Part shown: in pieces, positions 14,761 to 38,392 of the stretch
How the letters are laid out: every line of letters begins with the position of its first letter
Position numbering within the stretch: position 1 is the first letter of the stretch
NCBI RefSeq assembly: GCF_009914755.1
Contig: NC_060947.1
From: the human T2T-CHM13v2.0 reference genome, Homo sapiens
Reading direction: 5' to 3' (one strand)
Length of the DNA stretch: 64,000 bases
Made by a program: the position numbers and the translations under genes
Notes under the pieces: generated by a model
What the model saw: only the letters and a program-made list of their open reading frames with translations
Told to the model about the DNA's origin: nothing
Database searches by the model: none

Positions 14761-16628
14761 CTTAACTTTCAGGTTTGCCTCCTCCTATACTAAAATCCTG
14801 TATGGCCAGCTATCCTGATGTCATTAGTAGTAGACTTTCATAGGTTTACATAATTTAGCTCTGAATTTTTCTTTATTCTTCTTCAAATTGATGCAGAGGG
14901 ATGAAGGAATAACGTTCACAACCATTAGAAATTTATGCATTGTTAATTTTCTCATGTATGATGGCAAACTGATTTAATCATCTGACCTTTGAACTGGATC
15001 TACAAAATTGCTTGTTGCATATAGAAAATCTAAATGATATGGTGTCAGTAAATTATGTATAAATGTCCTGGGGGAGCTGCCAGTGTGACCATCCTCCTCA
15101 ACAGTTATTCTTCTAAGTATACTGTTGATCCATCTATTTGGATTGCTTTGTCTATTAAAACCATTACAAAATTACCATAGTGTCTGTTTGGTTAATAGGC
15201 TTGTCTTTCAAATGAACATAACCTGTAGACAGTGAGATGATTGTGCAAATAAACAAGCTGCTTGTATTTAACTCAAGTATGTATACAATGGCTCTAATTT
15301 TGTATTCATTAAGTGTAAACAAAGGGACTCAGAAAAATGCGAGGACAGTCCCACCACAGATTAAAAAGTGTTGGGACTTTCAGAGAAGTATTGCTGTGGT
15401 CATTTGGTGAATATTTATGAGCCCAAATATCTACAGCTTTTATTTATTTTCTTTTTTATGATTTATTTTGCTTTGTATGGTCTGTGAGTAGAAAACTATA
15501 AGGCTTCATGGAAATCACCTGATAGTTCATGTAAAGGCAACATTTTCCAGAGGCTTAAGAAAGTAATAGGAAAGGCTCTGGTATTGAATAAAATTACTTT
15601 GCTTTATAAATGGTGCATGTAGAAGACAGCTAAGTTATATTATTTAGAAAAGATATAGCTGTGGCAAGAAAAATGTATGCATTTTATTAGGAAACAGCAG
15701 ATTTAAATTTATTTTTAATATTGTCAGTTATAACAGTACCAAAACTCTTAGGGTTAATCAGTGCCAGATATCTTCAGGCACTCAAAATTTGCAAATAATT
15801 AAACAAATGGATGGATCTTATTCAATTAAACTATTAATATAAGAATACACTAATTTCCTTGAAAAATAGAAACATGAAAGGTTTAATTTTGTATAGTTCC
15901 AAAATTTGTCCACCCCATTGGGCTTTTGCACACTTCATGATGACTTAGTAATGTTTTTCATCTGTTCTATGATCTCTCCAAAGATGTTTCAGTTCCACTT
16001 TCTTAGAAACTATTTTTCAAATATAAGTGTCAAGCTGTTCCAAAGTTTATTTTTTCTTATTGTATAATATATCCATTTAGAGAATGCAAAAGCATTAAAT
16101 TGTTGCACTGCCTCTGGCCTATTGTCTTGCAAATGTGCTTTGCACATAAGAGACAACCTCTGAATATTTTTCTTTCATCAAAATCATAAAACCTAGGAGA
16201 CATTCTATAGAACTGCCATGAGTAATATTTTTTCATAAACATCATATATATATATAGGATATGTTAGCATACTCCTCTTTTCTTCCTGCCTACGAGAAAG
16301 AATGGGCCAATAAAAACTGAACTATTATTTTGAAATTTAATTTTGACAACTGAGAATCCCTAAAGACATTCCAGTCAGGTACAACAATCTTTCCTTTCTC
16401 CCTGGGAGTCTATTAAACTGGAAACTTGTGCTGTTGCATACAACTGCTTGCTTTTGGGGGGTGGGGGTGAGAGGGAGCCTACAGCCCTCCTGTATGTGCA
16501 ACTTGTGCAATAGCTAAGAGTCAAAATGCCTTCCATGAGGGGCAATATGGAATACTGGTTTTTGTTCTACTAATTAAAGCCTTTATATTCTATAAGCACA
16601 TCTTTCCGTTTTCTGCAAAACATCATTA

Positions 16629-17150
<522 letters not shown>

Positions 17151-17895
17151 CTAATAGATGTAACAGAATTTGATATGAGGTTACATTTTTATTTATCTTA
17201 AATGGGAATGAAATAAATAGCTCAGTAGAGACATTATTATTATTATTATTATTAGTTTACTTTCAGAAAGAGGGAATTGAAATATGGAAAGTTTAATTCT
17301 TCAAACCGTTAGCAGAAACAAAATCAAGAATGGAACTATCTAACTATGTAAAATGTAATTATTTGTCTTTTTAAATGAAGATACAACCTGACAAATTTAT
17401 TTCTCTTATTTGATCACAATCTCTAATTGCAACATTTTCTCGGTATATGCCCATTGTGTGATTTTGTCTTATGTCTTCAGATTTTTTAAAAAAACTTTTA
17501 CACATTTTATTCCCAGGGATCTTTTCAGTGATCATTCTAATGTATGTTTGAAAGGAAAACGTCTTCACTGATTTGAGCCAGCAAAAGTTGGCAGTACAGT
17601 GACAAATAAACAAGGGTTAGAGATAAGCAAAAGGAGACTTTTATGTAAATCTTACTATTTTTAATCAATTGGCAAGATGTTCTCAGGTCTTTCTAATATC
17701 CAGCAGAGAACTCGATTGAAGTTTAACTTCTTTTGACAATAAATCAGTGATTAATCTGCTACACACCTATGTATTAAGAGGGGAATTACCAAGATTGCCA
17801 AAGGCAGGTAGACAACTTTGAAGCAGAACATTGGAAAACTGTCTGACCTGTGACCTTTTCTCTCCTACCATGTAGTCACACTCCTCGTTTACTGA

Positions 17896-18641
<746 letters not shown>

Positions 18642-18864
18642 TGAATTTCTTTCTAATATAAAGGAATAGCACCTATGATAGAACACATTAGAACTGCCTA
18701 CTTAGCACAGATAGTGTAGCGTAGGCACATCTAGGCTTACATAAAATAAATTATTATTTTGTTTAAAATACTTGCTCCTCAGCCACTTAACTTTTTTTTT
18801 CTTTATAAGATCATCTGCAAGCATAATTTCAGGAACTGGCCTTGGAAACATTGACATACATGTA

Positions 18865-18925
18865 TACTTATATGTTTATATATATATGTGTGTGTATATA
18901 TATATATATACACACACACACACAT
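18865..18925. repeat. (TA)/(TG)/(CA) microsatellite
   Basis: Direct reading. Confidence 0.85.
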
Positions 18926-19529
18926 AAATGTTTTTTGGAGTGAAAATCTGGATCTTAGAAAGTTAATGCTATATCTGGCTTTGTGTGTATTGCATACTCC
19001 CTTTGTTTAGATAATTAATGCTAAAGAATTTGAAGAATCATTTCCAATAATTTCCACTGCAATACATTGACCTGGGAGTCAGAGGTACAGCCATAGATGC
19101 TTTCCCTCACATTATATTTTGTACAATTAGTAGTTTTGATGTTGCTGAAAACATTATCGAATGTATAAAATATACTTCAACTTTGCTATCCTCATCTATC
19201 AGAAACGAGTGTATCTGTATTGTAAAACATCAACCCTATAACTGTGGGTCTGAAAGTTGCCTGACAAAGCAGATGTGTACTTTTCCCAATTCCAGTTGTG
19301 GATAACTGAGCTCAGTAATTATAATTATGAAGGCTAGGCCTGGCATAGCAACTGAATCAGATTTAGAGTGCTAATGTCTATTTTTTGTTCCAATGTAGAG
19401 AATAAATGTGCATATTTAGATTGACTTACTGTGTCTATATCAGAGAAAGATTAGCATTATAAGAACTATATACTTTTCATAAAATTCAGACAATCCATTT
19501 GTGACAAGGATATAGGCTGGAATGAGAGA

Positions 19530-19546
19530 TCTCTCTCTTTCTCTCA

Positions 19547-19588
<42 letters not shown>

Positions 19589-19632
19589 ATATATGTGTGT
19601 GTGTATATATATATATATGTATGTATATATAT
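19530..19632. repeat. (CT)n(GT)n(TA)n compound microsatellite
   Basis: Direct reading. Confidence 0.9.
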
Positions 19633-19684
19633 GGCATAATCACAAACCAAATTCCAAGGCATAATCATAAACACAATTTCAGGA

Positions 19685-21720
<2,036 letters not shown>

Positions 21721-22843
21721 ATTTGTTTTTGAAATTAAAATTATAATCTATCTTAATTCTACGGTTCTTTTTCAGAGATAAACAAAAAAACTTCACATTA
21801 GTATTTATTATTATCGTTACATATATTTTATTTCATCATGTTTGTAGATATGACCAAATACATTTTTTCATCATTATGAACAAAGCTTAGAGTTCATTTA
21901 CATATTAAATCACAATTATTTTATTAATTCATTTAATTTCTATGTAATTATTTCTCTGTAAACCTAAGTTTAAATATGGCTGAAACTACATAATTTTAAA
22001 CATTGTAGATCTAAAATTTTAGGAGGCAAATGTCAAAACAATTAAGGATAAGATACTATAGTAACTAGAGGAAGAAATAAGAAAACCATATAAGTAAGGA
22101 AAACAATATATTTGTGTAGATGTACTCTAAAACCACACCTATGTTTGGCACTTATATCTTTTGACTTCAGTATTCCAATTTTTGAATGGGCCTTCTGCCA
22201 TACTAACAGATGTGTCGATTGTGTAGACCTGCCAAGGAAACAGAATATACATAAAAACAGTAAAAAAAGAAATTGTGCTGGCAATTAAGAAGACTTCATT
22301 GTGCGCAAGTGCCTTGCCAAACATCAATGTATGCATATTTATATTTGAGTAGTTCCATCCAACACTGAAGTCAGAAAACAAAATCATTTTATGCCAGTAA
22401 CTGAATGAAATATTACTTTGTTTTGGTTTATTTTTAGTATTAGTCAGATAGTCCAGTCAATATAATTTTATGTACTTTTCAATTATAATGCAAAGTAGTA
22501 GACTCTTTCCCCAAATTAAAAAAAATATTAAATCAAATGTATATTTTCTTGTATAGCTTCAGTTATCCTTCATGAACACTTCTTGATTACTTGGAGCACT
22601 AAAATTGTTCATATGGTGAAAGGAAGGTCATTAAGACAATGTACTTTAGAATTGCACTTTAAACTTTTGTTTCAAGAGTCTTTGCTTATTTAAAATAAAT
22701 GAATATTTTTGTGTTTATGCATATATGCATTCACAAAATACTGATAGAATAATCCTGTGAAGTTCACTTCAGAATGACAAAGTTTTCTTCATTAGCAAAA
22801 AACTAAAGTATTAAACATTTAAAATTGTAATTTAAAAATTTAA

Positions 22844-23233
<390 letters not shown>

Positions 23234-23457
23234 TAGTTAAATTGTTTTGAAAACAGGTTTTCCCAAGGGGGTATACTTAGCACATTAAAACATGTATCAC
23301 AAAATCTGACAATCGACCTACAGGAGGATGCATCTGTATAGTTCCTTTGTCTGAAATTTTAACTTTAATTTTTATGAAACAAATCTAACTGGAATAAAAT
23401 GCCAATCCTATTACAGATTGCAATGCCATCTTATATTACATATAAATAAATAAATAT

Positions 23458-23482
23458 ACACACACACACACACACACACACA
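23458..23482. repeat. (CA)n microsatellite
   Basis: Direct reading. Confidence 0.9.
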
Positions 23483-24550
23483 GAAGACAATCCTATAAAA
23501 CAGAGCCGCACTGAGTTTTGTATTTAGCCTAGAAATAATAATTAATTGCTTGTTAGTGATTTATAGTGGTTTACTTTTTATCAAACTGATAAACTAAATA
23601 ATGTAATAGCAAGTTTAAGCACAATTAGGTGTTTATTGAAATGTGAAGTGGTTTCAGATATTTCTCCTGTAGGTGATTATTTTACTTAGAGAATGGAGGC
23701 ATTTTTTATGTTGCCTGTATGTTTACTAATCTTTCAAAATTGTATATCATTTTTATTATCTAAAGGATTTCTCTCATTCACTACATCTGGTAGGTGAAGA
23801 AGAAGCAGGCATTCATTGGGATGGTGAGCATGGCAGGAGCAACAAGAATTCTATCATCAAGGAAATTTAAAGTTTTGGTAAAGACTGTATATTTTAATGC
23901 CAATGCTAATTCTAAGGAAACAACAGATGTAGCAGCAGTTACGATAAAAACCAAGTGCTCTTGTCTGTTAAGCTGTTTTATTGCAAGTTTCTGTAATATT
24001 TTTGATGAAAACAAATAACAAAGGAGGATAAAAGCACCATTAGCAACAAGCAACAACAAAAAGATAGTTATTACTGGTAGAAGAACGCCAAAAGTTAATG
24101 CCTGTGAAAAATTTTTTAAATATGAGCCATAAATGAGCAGGCTAAATACAAATATAGCACAAAAATAGGTTGAGACAACTTTGTAAGAGCTGAACTGTAA
24201 ATTGAATTCAATTTTGATGAATGAACTCTGCTGTGATGAGGTGTGTATATGTAAGTGGAAATCAGTCTACCTATCTATTGATTGGAAAGGAGGGCATTTG
24301 ACCATCAGTTTTCTCAGATTTCATTCCGTTATTGATCAAGTTTATTATTTAATGACATTATATAATGTAAGTGATTTAAGATACTTCAGGATAAGATATT
24401 TAAGGCATTTCAATATGGAATCTCTTCTATGCCATTAAGAAAAAATCACTTTGGTACATGACACATGAGTTAAATTCTCAGTAGTTACTCTTTGTCTTAA
24501 TCTAATTTTGTCAGTTTTTCTGGGACAATCTGGTTTATGCACATTATTAT

Positions 24551-25316
24551 TGATACGGAAGTGGGGCAGGGAAACTCTGCGTAGAGAAAAGCATGTCCCT
24601 GGCTAGGGCTCCACCCCAAAGGACCTAGGTGAGGACAGGCACTCCTGCTTTCCCGCCCAAATGTTGCATTTTCCAAGACCACCCTGGCCCACCATGCCTC
24701 CATCCTGGGCCTATAAAAACCCGAGACCCTAGTGGGCAGACACACAAGCGGCTGGACAGCGTGAGGAACACATCGGCGGAAGAAGACACAAGCGGCTGGT
24801 CATCCAGGGCAGATGGCAAAATAGCTCGCCCGGCAGGCCATTGACTAGTGGAACAACACAGAGTCTGGCCAGAGCCGTCGGAGAAAAGTCCGGTCACCGA
24901 GCGGCCCGATTCCGGGGGAAAACTATCTCCCTTCTGGCTCCCCCATCTGCCCAGACCTACTCCTACTCAATAAAATCTTGCACTCATTCTCCAAGCCCAC
25001 GTGTGATCCGATTCTTCCCGTACACCAAGGCAGGAAACCCCGGGATACAGAAATCCCTCTGTCCTTATGATAAGGAAGGGGGTCTGCGTTGGTTAACACA
25101 AGCCACCTATAGACAGCAAAACAAAGAGCACCCTGTAACACATCCCACCGGGGCTTCAGCTGTAAATATGCACCGCTAAACACTGCCGTGGTGTCAGAGC
25201 CCCACAGCCTGCCCGTCTGTATGCTCTCCTTTGAGCATACAGTGGGGCACTGAAGAAGAGAGCCACACCCCCATCGCATGCCCTGCGAGAGGGACAGGGG
25301 AACCTTGCCTGTTTAA
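24551..25316 (+). mobile_element. LTR1-family (HUERS-P2-type) ERV1 solo LTR
   Basis: tgatacggaagtgggg start; TATA ctataaaa at 24711; AATAAA at 24969; perfect 4-bp TSD ttat. Confidence 0.82.
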
Positions 25317-25499
25317 TTATGATATGATATATTAATACTGACATTCACTCTCAAGACCGTACTGGTTGGATTATCAATCCTATAGTCTCTTTATCTATTA
25401 TTTTCTCATTAAAAAATGCTGCTGGAGATGACCCAAAGATTTACCATGTGGAGAAAGCTTAACTCTAGTTTTAAATTGAGGTTAAATTATTCCATTCCT

Positions 25500-26791
<1,292 letters not shown>

Positions 26792-28048
26792 TAACTTATA
26801 CCCCGTTCTTACAATTCTAGCATATTAGAGTTGTTAATCCATTCCAGTAGGAATTTCCATTCCTTGCATAGTTTAATTTGATATACTACCATTTATATAC
26901 TCATTATGTGTTTGTATGTATGTGGAATTGGATGGTTAAAATCACATACAAAGAATCACTTCACACGTGTGAAGTAAACATGCTAACATGCTTTCTGCAT
27001 AAGAAGTCAAAAGACAGCAGTGGTACTTATATTTAACTTCAGCTTGGATAAGCTTAAAACGACCTTCATAAGAGAGATTTGAATACACTTTAACTAAGGC
27101 AGGAGGTTTATGTAGCAAATCCATTACCACTTCCAAAAATCTGTCCCTGGAATACAAAATCCAATGGTTGCGGTCTGTTCTATGCCAAAACATAGGTTTA
27201 ATTATTCAGAAGACCATTAGAGCACATTTTCTAAACCTAAAATTCGGCAAAGAAATTCTATCTAATGTCCCTTAGCTTTGGGAGCTATACACTAAGGCAT
27301 CTTCCTGGTGTGCAGGATTGTGGCTTTTATGAACGTCTGAATTAAAACAGTTACCTATTAGAGAGCTAAAGGCCCCTGTTCTGCCTCACCTTAACTTTAT
27401 CAAATTGTTTATCTTCTACTATTCCTCTGGTGATCATGGTAAATAATGATTTAATTGCACTGTTAACAACTTACAAATAGTGTATAATTTTTTTATTCCT
27501 ACTGAGTATTAATGTAATTTGCCTTTCATTATTAGGAAAGGGTTAAAGTGAAGGATATAGATCCATTTAATGGCAAAAGGATAGAACGATTAGTCAATAA
27601 ACCAAATAAAAATGACAGAGTGTAAAAGAAAGTTGTTTCAGTACATGGTGAGTCACTATAAGAAAACGATTTTAAAGCACGTCAGGGAAATATTTAAAAT
27701 GAGGTGGTTCTGGCAATACGTTAGTTTTTGTTAAAATGACATTTACATTAAAATGAATAAATAATTGTTATAGACTCAAATACACACTTTTCATTTGCTC
27801 TCGGTCACATTATCAGTATCCACTTAGAAGCTCAGTTTGAATTTAAACACATTTTATTCTTACAAGGTTTGTGCTTTCATTATCAAGATTTTCTTTTAGA
27901 ATTTTTTGTGTTAATTTTTATAATATCAATAAACATTTAAATAATATCAATTATAGTATTTAATCATGTTCTTATGACATGGAAAAAATCAATTATATGT
28001 TGAAAATCAGTTTATGAAAGTCTTTCTGTTCTGGACTATAAAATATCA

Positions 28049-28649
<601 letters not shown>

Positions 28650-28766
28650 AGGAAATTTATTTAATAGATAGTTGACTCCTTACTTTATTTGTCTTTGTAT
28701 TTATTAACTTTGATTTTAAGATTGCCTGAATGGTAATGTTTTCTAGTCTTTTTTCAGAATATATAT

Positions 28767-29053
28767 ATATTTTTGAAACAGAGTCTAGCTCTGTCACCAG
28801 GCTGGAGTTCAGTGGCGGGATCTCGGCTCACTGAAACCTCCGCCTCCTAGGTTTAAGCGATTCTCCTGCCTCAGCCTCCCGAGTAGCTGAGGTTACAGGC
28901 ACGCGCTGCCATGCCCAGCTAATTTTTGTATTTTTAGTAGAGACAGGGTTTCACCTTGTTGGCCAGGATGGTCTCGATCTCCTGACCTCGTGATCTGCTC
29001 ACCTCGGCCTCCCAAAGTGCTGGGATTACAGGCGTGAGCCACTGGGCCCAGCC
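28767..29053 (-). mobile_element. AluSc-like
   Basis: ctgtcaccaggc, ggccaggatggtctcgatctcc; TSD about agaata(t/g)ata. Confidence 0.93.
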
Positions 29054-29760
29054 TAGAATAGATAACTTTTATATTTAGCAAACTACACTTGCTTTATTTG
29101 TCTGCATTGTTCTGCACTGACTCTAAGATTTTAAGCACAAAAATAAGTACATATTACAAAAATATCTTAATATCTCATGGATTTTGTAGCTACTATCAAA
29201 TTGGCATGCTAATAATTAAATTCTTGCTCTTCTAATATAAATATTAAAAAGTAAAGAAACTTTAGCAGGAATATAAGCTAAATATTATAGAAGAACATAT
29301 GAAATAATAATGAGAAATAAAGTTTGGAAGTCCTAGTTAATGGAATCATATGTAGGTAGAATCTCTCGGTCTGCTGTATTTTCAGATGTGGATGTAGGAG
29401 GTTTGCTGTGTTCTCTCTCATGTGACCCACTGCAAAAATTCAACATGTATTGAATATAAAAAAATATTCTACATAGTGGAGAAGAATTCACATCTATGAA
29501 TTCTTTGTATAGTGTAAACTCATTATATTATCATTTTAAAAATATATTATCATTTTTTAAAGATTCCATAGTCTGAGTAACGGCCAGTATAGTTTAGTAT
29601 TACAAAACTCCTGAGAAAGGGTTATGATACTCAGGAGAATAAAAAACACAAGTGTGTGTATGTTTTAGAGTATAAAGGGAAATTTTCTAGAACAAATGAA
29701 AAGGTAATTGGTGGTAAACTTAACCTCATTGGGATTAAAAAAAAAAAGGCAATTTAAGAG

Positions 29761-30193
29761 TGTCAAAAACCAAATTACAATGAATTTAGTTTAAAGACAT
29801 AATTGACTTTTATTAGTGATTCTAGAATCAGGCAACATCTCATTCTATAAAACAGAATGAGTGCTGAACAGTTGTTTTTTTAAAGTGCAAACAAGGAAAC
29901 AGATTAAAATGTGGAGTGACATCAGGTTACCTCATTTTTTTTTTTTTTTTTGTAAGGGTTAAAGCTGAGAGGACTTCCTTGTTTTGCTGGCTCAGGTTTA
30001 CTGGGCCCTCTTCAATTGTTTGTTATGAATCTCCTGTTTTCAAAAAAAAAAGATTTGGGGATTTACCTGCTTCCTTAATGTTTCAGTTTGATTATAAGGC
30101 ACTTATCATGAGACTCCATTTTGGTTTGCTCTACTGGGGCCTAGTGCAGGAGCTCAGCCCAAAACAATGGCCGTTCATACATTTTATTTAACA
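29761..30193 (-). mobile_element. MER31-like ERV1 solo LTR
   Basis: Reverse complement starts tgttaaataaaatgtatgaacggccattgttttgggctgagctcctgcactaggcccc; TG...CA termini. Confidence 0.75.
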
Positions 30194-30265
30194 GGGAATG
30201 GTTTTGTTTATTTTTTTGTTTGTTTATTTATTTTGGTCTGTAGCTGGCTGTCTCTACTGGCCAGC

Positions 30266-33990
<3,725 letters not shown>

Positions 33991-34824
33991 CTCTCTGCAC
34001 CAGGGACTAGTTTTCATATTTTACAACTTCAAAATAACGCAAAGTTTTAGTCATTTTACAGTTAAAAAAATGAAATAATCTAAAGAGACTGTACTTTGCA
34101 AACATAAATGACTCATCTTGATGCATAGATTAAATTTTAATTACTGTATTATGTTGCCATCAAGAATTATTGTTTTTCAAATTTAACTGACATTTATAGA
34201 GAAAATACTTTTTAATTAGAATTATCATCTGGTTTCCAAGTAAGCTGCAATGATATCTCCATCTTGCTCAAAGTTGGAAGTAACATTTATGACACGGGCT
34301 TCTTCTTACTGAAATATACCAATAATGAGCTGATTCTCTTTTGTTATTTTTTGTTGCTATTTATTTTGTTTTACTAAACAGGATGACTTTATTGTTGAGT
34401 CAGATGTTGGACAAGTACAGGTTTGCTGATATAAAGAGGGTGAAGTAGAAAACCGTTAAGGAGGAATATGCCACCATCTAAAAAACAATCAATGTTGTGA
34501 AAGCCCTAAGATAAGTATTTCTTCTTGGATTGTCTTCTAATGAGAAGTAATTCTATTTTGTTGTATATTGTTTCACTAGAAATGATCTGAGGTATGGCAG
34601 GAATAACATGTATTCATGAATGTTCTTGAAGGCAAGGTTTGAAGTAAAGTGTGCACATACATAGACAAGCAGTGAAAACGTGAATAAAATTAAAAACAAA
34701 GGCTATTGCTTAAAATAAATACTAACACATGTAACTGCAAAGAATCCTGGAGTTAAAGAGTGTCATTTTTTAAATGTCATTTTTTTTTTGTAATTCTGAT
34801 GCAAGAATTCTATATATATTATCA

Positions 34825-35199
34825 TGATATGGTTTGGCTGTGTCCATACCCAAATCTCATCTTGAATTGTAAGTCTTAGAATTCCCACATGTCATGGGAG
34901 GAACACGGTGGGAGGTGATTGACTTATGGGGGCAGGTCTTTCCTGCACTGTTCTTGTGATAGTGAATGAGTCTCAAGAGACCTGATGGTTTTAAAATGGG
35001 AGTTTCCCTGCACAAGCTCTGTTTTTGCCTGCCGCCATCCATGTAAGATATGACTTGCTCCTCCTTACTTTTTACCTTCTGCCATGATTATGAGGCCTCC
35101 CCAGCCATGTGGAACTGTAAGTGCAGTACACCTCTTTCTTTTGTAAATTGCCCAGTCTCAGCTATGTCTTTATCAGCAGTGTGAAAACAGACTAATACA
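34825..35199 (+). mobile_element. THE1B solo LTR
   Basis: tgatatggtttggctgtgtcc ... aaaacagactaataca. Confidence 0.92.
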
Positions 35200-36733
35200 T
35201 ACAGTATGCTGCTTGACAAATTATTTTCATGATGGTATTATAGGATTAAGAGTAATTGACTCATTGATTGGATACAAATAAATCAATAATTTTAAGGTAT
35301 CATAAATAGAGTTTAAAAAGATCATTCTTGGCATATATTGAACACCAAGAGAGTCTTATTGCAGCCTCAATGCTAAAGCTTTATAATTTAAAGATGCTCT
35401 GATAATCAGCAGTCTCCTTGTATATTTTGAAAAGTGAAAGTTGAGATCACAATCCAGTTTTCCATTTTATTGACAAAGAACATGGACTCACTCAAAGCAG
35501 TCTCTGCAAAACTCTTAATGTATTACCAAAGCCATCTTGCCTATGGGATTTTATTCTGTACAGGGTATTTGTAATCACAAAACCTATCTTTTTTTCTTTG
35601 CTCTATTACATACATAAGTCCCCACTTAAACAGAATTAGGCAGTGCAAGTGAAAAAGATTCAATTCCAGAGGTCGTTGGCTTTGTTGTAAAATCCCATGA
35701 CTGTAACCATAATTATATACAACCCTACATTACTTCTGATGTTTGATAATTATGACCAGTGATATATGTTATTGATTTTAAAGCAATTTAAAACTGGTCC
35801 ATGTTCAGATTTCAGTAGCTATGTGCACTGTAATTGCTTTCATAATGTGTCTGTATTATATTTAAATGCTTAAGGATGACTCTCCAGCTAATGAAAAATC
35901 ATTGTTTGCACTTTTGCATTTCTAGTACTTCCTGTGATAAATGAATCTGCCATAGGAGGGGATAGATTTCATGAAATTCCTGAAAGCATTATGGGACTAT
36001 TACTAGATACACAGGATTTGCAAAGGGAATTTGGCTAAAAAAGTGAAACTGACAAGGATATCATTTGCATTACATAAAGTTTCCACAGGTTAACTCTAGC
36101 CGAAGGGTATTTTTAGTGAGCATATTGATAGGGATTGTGAATGACATTACTTCTATTGTGTAAACTTAGGAAAAATCAGTCTTCAATAGTATACATATAG
36201 TGAAATATAGTGTACAGTAATATTAATATTTAAATATAGCTGACCACTGTTTTTTATTTTTTCACACAATAATGAAATATATTTTCAATACATTAAAAGA
36301 GAAAAATATTTCTCATTAGTATCTATTCATATGATATTAAGTGTTCAGAAAATATACTCTTTACATCTGTTTGTTGATATAATTTTTTATCAATCTACTA
36401 TAATCTTATTTTTATAAAATAGTATTCTACTTACAGTTTATTTCTGATGTGTAATATTTTTGAGTAAATATAGTAATAACTATGACTTTGGATGTCAGAA
36501 AATAGTTCCTAATATTATTCACGCTTTATTTAAAATGTTAGTTTTCCAGAGACTTCACAATCCTATACTTTCTGTCATATTTCACATGGAGTGCTTGCTA
36601 ATAATTGCCATTTATATCATCTAAGCAATATCCATATATCAAGACAGATTATGTAAGCAGAAGTTTTAAAATATAACATATTTTAGCAAACACAGAATTT
36701 CCTGTAACATGTCTGTTATAAGGAATTCATCTG

Positions 36734-37027
36734 GGCCAGATGTGATGGCTCACACCTGTCATCTCAAAAGTTTAGGAGGCCAAGGCAGGAGAATCGCTTG
36801 AGCCCAGTAGTTGGAGACCAGCCCAGTCAACCGAGGAAGACATTGTTTCTACAAAAATTTTAAAAATTAGCTGGGCATAGTGGCATGTGCTTGTAGACCT
36901 GGCTACCCAGGAGGCTGAGGCAGGAGAATCATTTGAGCCCAATATTTTGAGGCTGCAGTGAGCTATCACAATGCCACTCCACTCCAGCCTGGTGGACAGA
37001 GTCCCCATCACTTAAAAAAGAAAAATA
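36734..37027 (+). mobile_element. AluJ
   Basis: cttgagcccagtagttggagacc, gaggctgcagtgagctat; TSD aattcatct. Confidence 0.92.
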
Positions 37028-38111
37028 AATTCATCTAGGCAAAAAGGCAATTAGTTGGCTGAATGACAATAGGAAATGTCACCAATAGCTGTAAACTGAT
37101 GATTCCATCCTTTATCACGTCGGCAACTCTCCTTATTATGAACATTAAAAATAATACTTTCCTGTAATTTAAACGTGCACCTGCATTTCTTTTTGCTAAA
37201 ACGTACTATCCTCAATTATATTCTATAATTTTACTTGCTAATTTTTGCTTCCTTTTCCTCACTGAATATGAAGTACTATATTAATCTTTAAAGTATATTT
37301 TTAAAAGATTATCTAAAAGCTATAAAACTGGAAGTTATATTGCTGACAGGGAATCTTCTCTTAAGAACTTTAAAAATAGACATTGAAAGACACTGCAGAT
37401 GAACAGTTTGAGTCTAGTGCAAAAAAAATAGGCAAACTAGGGGCTATCAAACCATAGAATTATTAGCAAAAATATTTACTCTTGTTTCAATTGAAAATGC
37501 CACATAATAAGATTTATTTTAGTAATTTTTTGTGTGTCTCTTCTATAGGCAAGTATCTTAATGATATTTAATTTCAGGGAATTGTGTGGCTCTTGAAAGA
37601 GTCAAAATCAAAATTTATGTGCCAGATTTTGCCTCTTATCTATGTTATTTGTCTCTCTAACTAGTAATTTTCCGTGTTGTTTTAGAGTGAGTACAGAACA
37701 AAGTTATAGAATATAGTTAGTGATATTTCTTTACTTTTCAATGGTAGATTACTTTGGCCATCTAGTTAAACTACTGGAAAGATCTTGCTGTCTATTTTGT
37801 TATTTTGTAGCTTTTTACCACAATTGCTGGCCATGAATTTTCTTCTTTTTCTAAAACTGAGGGAATCGGCAAAATTTGGAAAATATGATGTCACTATGAT
37901 TGATCAACATTATAAATGTATTTTTAGAGGAAATTATTCATTGTATAATAGAAAATGTGTAAGTACACATCCTATGAGTCCTGATTGGGATGATTGTTAT
38001 TAAGAAAGAAAACAAGATAGCCTTGCTGATATGAGAAGTAGTTCAGCCTGTGGTATAAAGGTTAACTGTTTTACTTTGCCAACAAATTTAGAGTGCACAA
38101 GAATCCTTTTT

Positions 38112-38365
38112 CTGGAGTGCGGTGGCGTAGTGTCGGCTTACTGTAACCTCCGCCTACTAGGCTCAAGTGATCCTCTGACTTCAGCCTCCCAAGTAGCTGA
38201 GACTACAGGCATGTGCCACCACATCTGGCTAGTTTTTGTATTTTTCGTAGAGACAGGGTTTCTCCATATTGCCCAAGCTAGTCTTGAACTCCTGAGCTCA
38301 AGCAATCCACCCACGTCAGCCTCCCAAAGTGGTGGGATTACAAACATGAGCCACCACACCCAGCT
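38112..38365 (-). mobile_element. AluJ lacking tail
   Basis: ctggagtgcggtggc ... ctcaagcaatccaccc ... ccacacccagc. Confidence 0.9.
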
Positions 38366-38392
38366 GACAATAGTCCTTTAAACTATATAAAT

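Noticed and set aside
15176-15222. Minus-strand 47-nt exon-like segment (ctacag|GTTATG...ATG|gtaatt)
   Set aside because: Isolated, not frame-preserving, no recognisable peptide
19633-19683. 25-bp tandem duplication (similar ones near 188, 1405, 1905, 29523)
   Set aside because: Ordinary short slippage duplications
22042-22387. Minus-strand ORFs with an acceptor-like ttccttggcag
   Set aside because: Weak donor, no recognisable homology, no consistent exon chain
26942-27193. Minus-strand ORF DRFLEVVMDLLHKPPALVKVYSNLSYEG
   Set aside because: Looks protein-like, but there is no good donor and I recognise no family; would need TBLASTN
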